A stretch of 64,000 bases of DNA, taken from positions 1 through 64,000 of the forward strand of contig WJMJ01000079.1 of the NCBI GenBank assembly GCA_014728035.1. The letters are read 5' to 3'. Of the stretch, positions 60,804 to 64,000 are shown one piece after another. Source of the stretch: Promethearchaeota archaeon (lineage in GTDB: Archaea > Asgardarchaeota > Thorarchaeia > Thorarchaeales > Thorarchaeaceae). Each line of letters begins with the position of its first letter. Within the stretch, counting starts at the first letter, position 1. A program made the position numbers and the translations under genes. The notes beneath the pieces were generated by a model. It made no database searches. It saw only the letters and a program-made list of their open reading frames with translations, and was not told the origin of the DNA.

Positions 60804-61757
60804 GTGGTTAAATTGGAAGCAGTAAAATCAAGCAAATTACGGAAGACCTTTGGTGACGTTGTCGCTGTTGATAGTCTTGACCTTAATGTGTCCCCTGGTA
60901 CTATTTTCGGCCTTTTGGGTCCAAATGGTGCAGGTAAAAGTACAACTATTCGTCTAATCTCTACACTATTGTATCCAGATTCAGGAACCGCATCTGTGCA
61001 TTATTTTGATATTCTAGAGGAACCTGTTGCAGTTAGACGTATAACTGGAGTCTTACCTGAAGAAGGAAATCACACCCATTATGATAGTTTAAGTGCATAT
61101 GAGAATTTAGAATATTTTGCGAAGCTCTACGATGTTCCAGAAGATAAAATTCACAGGAGGATTGAAGAACTTCTACAATTTATGGATCTCTGGGATCGGA
61201 AAGACGACAAAGCTGGTGAACTAAGTACAGGAAATCGTCAGCGACTTGCACTATGCCGAGCACTGTTACATGAACCAAAAGTGGTTCTTCTAGATGAACC
61301 TACTTCATCTCTAGATCCCATAGCCGCTAAGAGAGTTAGGGAGTTGATTCTTAATCTCTCGAAGACCTATGGACAGACCTTTTTCATCAATTCACACAAT
61401 CTTGCTGAAGTGCAGAGAGTCTGTGACCAAATTGCTATTATTAATGAAGGAAAGATTTTGATTTCTGGCTCAACAGCTGAACTCCGAGCAACATTACAGA
61501 CTGAACAAGAATATCGTATACGGATAATGGGCGATATTGAGCATGCCAAATCCATTATTGAAGCGGAAGATTTTGTAGAATCTGCGGAAGCAGAGGTTGA
61601 TACAATTGTTGTCATGATAAGAAATCCAATAGAGAACAATTCGGTTCTGATGAAGAGTCTTCTTGATGCTGGAGTTCAAATTATAGAATTTGCTGAAGAA
61701 GAAACTACTTTGGAAGATCTCTATCTTCAAGTTGTAACAGGAGGAGATGTAGAATGA
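60804..61757 (+). CDS. ABC transporter ATP-binding protein
   Basis: GPNGAGKST, LSTGN, LLDEP and NSH. Confidence 0.93.
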   Translation: MVKLEAVKSSKLRKTFGDVVAVDSLDLNVSPGTIFGLLGPNGAGKSTTIRLISTLLYPDSGTASVHYFDILEEPVAVRRITGVLPEEGNHTHYDSLSAYENLEYFAKLYDVPEDKIHRRIEELLQFMDLWDRKDDKAGELSTGNRQRLALCRALLHEPKVVLLDEPTSSLDPIAAKRVRELILNLSKTYGQTFFINSHNLAEVQRVCDQIAIINEGKILISGSTAELRATLQTEQEYRIRIMGDIEHAKSIIEAEDFVESAEAEVDTIVVMIRNPIENNSVLMKSLLDAGVQIIEFAEEETTLEDLYLQVVTGGDVE

Positions 61758-62500
61758 GTCTAGAGAAATCTATGGTCGTTGCAAAAACTGATCTTAAAAT
61801 GGCTCTTGATGTACGCTATGTGAAATACAGTATGGTTATAGCTGGAGGCTTTGGTCCAGTAATGGCTATAATCATGGTAGTAGGCTCGTTGCTTTTGGGA
61901 ATTCCTGAATTATTGAGTCTCATGGTATTATATGCATCGTCGATGATTGGTCTATTTGCGATTATGCCTGCTAGTCTAATTGCTGCAAATGCTCTTGTAG
62001 GAGAAAAAGAACAGAGAACTTTGGAACCACTGCTTTGTACACCCCTTACCGATAAGGAACTACTTATGGGAAAAGTTCTTAGTTCCTTGATTCCCAGCAT
62101 GGTGATGATTATTGTAGGTACATTTGCCACCATGATTGCTGCAAATGTGACATTGTTTCTCTTGGAAAAACCATTGATGCTCATTCCCGATATAGCTGGC
62201 TTAGTACTGATATTTGGAGCTGGCCCTCCTATGGTATTAGCTGTTATTGCAGTTATGATTCTTATCAGTGGAAAAGTGACAAGAGTCTATGAAGCTTACC
62301 AAGCTAGTGGCTCAGTCATTTTGGTTTTCTTAATCCCTATGTTTCTCCCACTTGCCAGTATGCAAAATGAGATACTCGACCCTAATGCAGTATGGCTTTC
62401 GGTTTTACTGACAGTGTTGCTAGGGATTGCCCTTATGACCATCACGTGGTTAATCGCCTTTTCGAGGTTCAATAGAAACAATATGGTCCAGCTTGTGTAA
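61754..62500 (+). CDS. ABC-2 type permease
   Basis: GEKEQRTLEPLLCTP...GK and six TM helices. Confidence 0.9.
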   Translation: MSLEKSMVVAKTDLKMALDVRYVKYSMVIAGGFGPVMAIIMVVGSLLLGIPELLSLMVLYASSMIGLFAIMPASLIAANALVGEKEQRTLEPLLCTPLTDKELLMGKVLSSLIPSMVMIIVGTFATMIAANVTLFLLEKPLMLIPDIAGLVLIFGAGPPMVLAVIAVMILISGKVTRVYEAYQASGSVILVFLIPMFLPLASMQNEILDPNAVWLSVLLTVLLGIALMTITWLIAFSRFNRNNMVQLV

Positions 62501-62504
62501 ATCT

Positions 62505-62537
62505 AGAGGGGAGCCCCTCTCCCCTTTTATTCTTTTA
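62505..62537 (+). terminator. Inverted repeat plus T-tract between convergent genes
   Basis: agagggg pairs with cccctct, followed by ccccttttattctttt. Confidence 0.5.
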
Positions 62538-63054
62538 TTCTCCTTAAGCCGACAGGATATCTTTTGGCAAGGTCTCTATAGGTTTCCTTGAATCTTGTTA
62601 ACTCTTCCATATGTTGTTCCTTTACATCAGTGATTATTTTTGCAGGAATACCAACAGCTATCTTTCTAGCAGGAACTTCAAAATGCTGCTTAACCACTGC
62701 TCCCTCGCCTACCACAGCCCACTCGCCAATCACCGCATAGTCAGAAACAATTGCACCCATACCAATAACAGCATCATCTTTGACCGTTGCATTATGAATA
62801 ATACATCCATGTCCAAGAGTGACATTATTTCCTATTGTTGTAAGCTCATTAGGTCTTGCATGGACTACAACATTGTCTTGCACGCTAGTTCCATTTCCAA
62901 TTAGTATTTCTCCGTAATCTCCCTTTACAACAGCTCCTGGCGCAATATAACACTCTGAACCAACAGTTACTTTTCCAATTACAGATGCGGAATTGCTAAC
63001 ATAACTATTATTTCCAATATTTGGTTTTCGTCCTTCAAACTCGTATATTGTCAT
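62527..63054 (-). CDS. Gamma-class carbonic anhydrase family protein
   Basis: Hexapeptide repeats, QDNVVVH and GHGCIIH. Confidence 0.9.
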   Translation of the reverse strand: MTIYEFEGRKPNIGNNSYVSNSASVIGKVTVGSECYIAPGAVVKGDYGEILIGNGTSVQDNVVVHARPNELTTIGNNVTLGHGCIIHNATVKDDAVIGMGAIVSDYAVIGEWAVVGEGAVVKQHFEVPARKIAVGIPAKIITDVKEQHMEELTRFKETYRDLAKRYPVGLRRIKE

Positions 63055-63170
63055 GTAAATTCACGTCAAAATATTGCTCATTTGACTTCAAGTATTTATC
63101 CCCCGAAATCTTAAAGATGATAATTCGCATTGTTAATCAATAAATTGACTGCAAATGGGACGTCATATCT

Positions 63171-63566
63171 ATGTCTGAAAAACAAGATGAGAATGTGTAT
63201 CCACTTTTTCCGATTCTGAAAGGGGAATCTGTGGGTGAAAGTGGAGAATTTAGTGGCAGAGTGTACATTGTCCAATCTCCTGATGAGCTTTCTACAGAAT
63301 GGGAAGCAGATCACATTGTTGTGCTACATCATGATTTAGCTAAATATCTAGATGATAATCCTGGAATCTTAGATGATCTGTTTTCCAATGTACGAGCTGT
63401 AATCGCTGAATTTGGCGAGTCAATTAGTGATTTTGCTTCATTTTCTTATGTGCGTGAAGCTATAGGGATTATCAAGGTTCAAGATGCCACACATGTACTG
63501 GAAAATGACATGCATATCCGTGTTGTTGCAGAAGAAAACATTGGCGAGATATTCTTCGTAGATTGA
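63171..63566 (+). CDS. Stand-alone PEP-utilising-enzyme mobile (swivelling) domain-like protein
   Basis: G.FSGRVYIV.SP, AVIAEFG...S and ATHVLENDMHIRV resemble the phosphohistidine domain. Confidence 0.55.
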   Translation: MSEKQDENVYPLFPILKGESVGESGEFSGRVYIVQSPDELSTEWEADHIVVLHHDLAKYLDDNPGILDDLFSNVRAVIAEFGESISDFASFSYVREAIGIIKVQDATHVLENDMHIRVVAEENIGEIFFVD

Positions 63567-63658
63567 AACTGATATAGACAATCTGAAAATATATTCTAAC
63601 AATTATATTGCAACAAATCTTTATGCTTTATCACTAGTAATTTGTAAATGGGAAGGAT

Positions 63659-64000
63659 ATGACTGAAGATATTGCAGATAATTATGTACCAATTCTTTTT
63701 GATAGAATTTCAATATTGAAACGAATATTGAAGTACATAGCTATTGGGATTCCCCTTTTTTTGGGGTATGCTATCGTTCTACTATTAATTTGTGATGAGA
63801 ATCCAGTACTGTTACTTATTCATCTCTTTCTACAGGTGACTGTAGGATTCTTTGGTATTCGATATACATATACACTAGGTCGTGATACCAGGGCAACAAT
63901 TCACATACTTGATACAACTGAAATCAAATCTTCAGAATTCCAAGACTATGCGATTACCTCAGATAGTATTTCTAAGGTATTCGAGAGGTATCTATCCAAT
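63659..64000 (+). CDS. Hypothetical membrane protein, truncated by the window end
   Basis: ATG 63659 follows GGAAGG. The frame MTEDIADNYVPILFDR... has two hydrophobic segments and stays open to base 64000. Confidence 0.65.
   Translation, partial: MTEDIADNYVPILFDRISILKRILKYIAIGIPLFLGYAIVLLLICDENPVLLLIHLFLQVTVGFFGIRYTYTLGRDTRATIHILDTTEIKSSEFQDYAITSDSISKVFERYLSN

Overview
A gene-dense, AT-rich archaeal chromosomal segment with no CRISPR array, rRNA, tRNA or recognisable mobile element. The archaeal core genes (top6B/top6A, radA, archaeal pheS/pheT, aRF1, geranylgeranyl reductase, cofE) sit alongside two Rab-like small GTPases and three roadblock/LC7 loci. That mix points to an Asgard archaeon, possibly Thorarchaeia (inference). 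Most genes are housekeeping, transport or metabolic. The most notable items are: (1) a solo Cas4-like Fe-S nuclease split into two membrane-anchored ORFs in an operon with an MFS transporter; (2) an unannotated, heavily base-paired ~215-nt intergenic RNA with its own TATA box and T-tract; (3) a Topo VI A/Spo11 subunit carrying four RadA-N-terminal-like HhH domains and Lys-rich linkers; (4) a membrane subtilase resembling eukaryotic site-1 protease in architecture, head-to-head with a CPBP intramembrane protease; (5) an aRF1 gene that needs a non-canonical start codon. All family assignments come from motifs recognised by eye, and no database searches were run.
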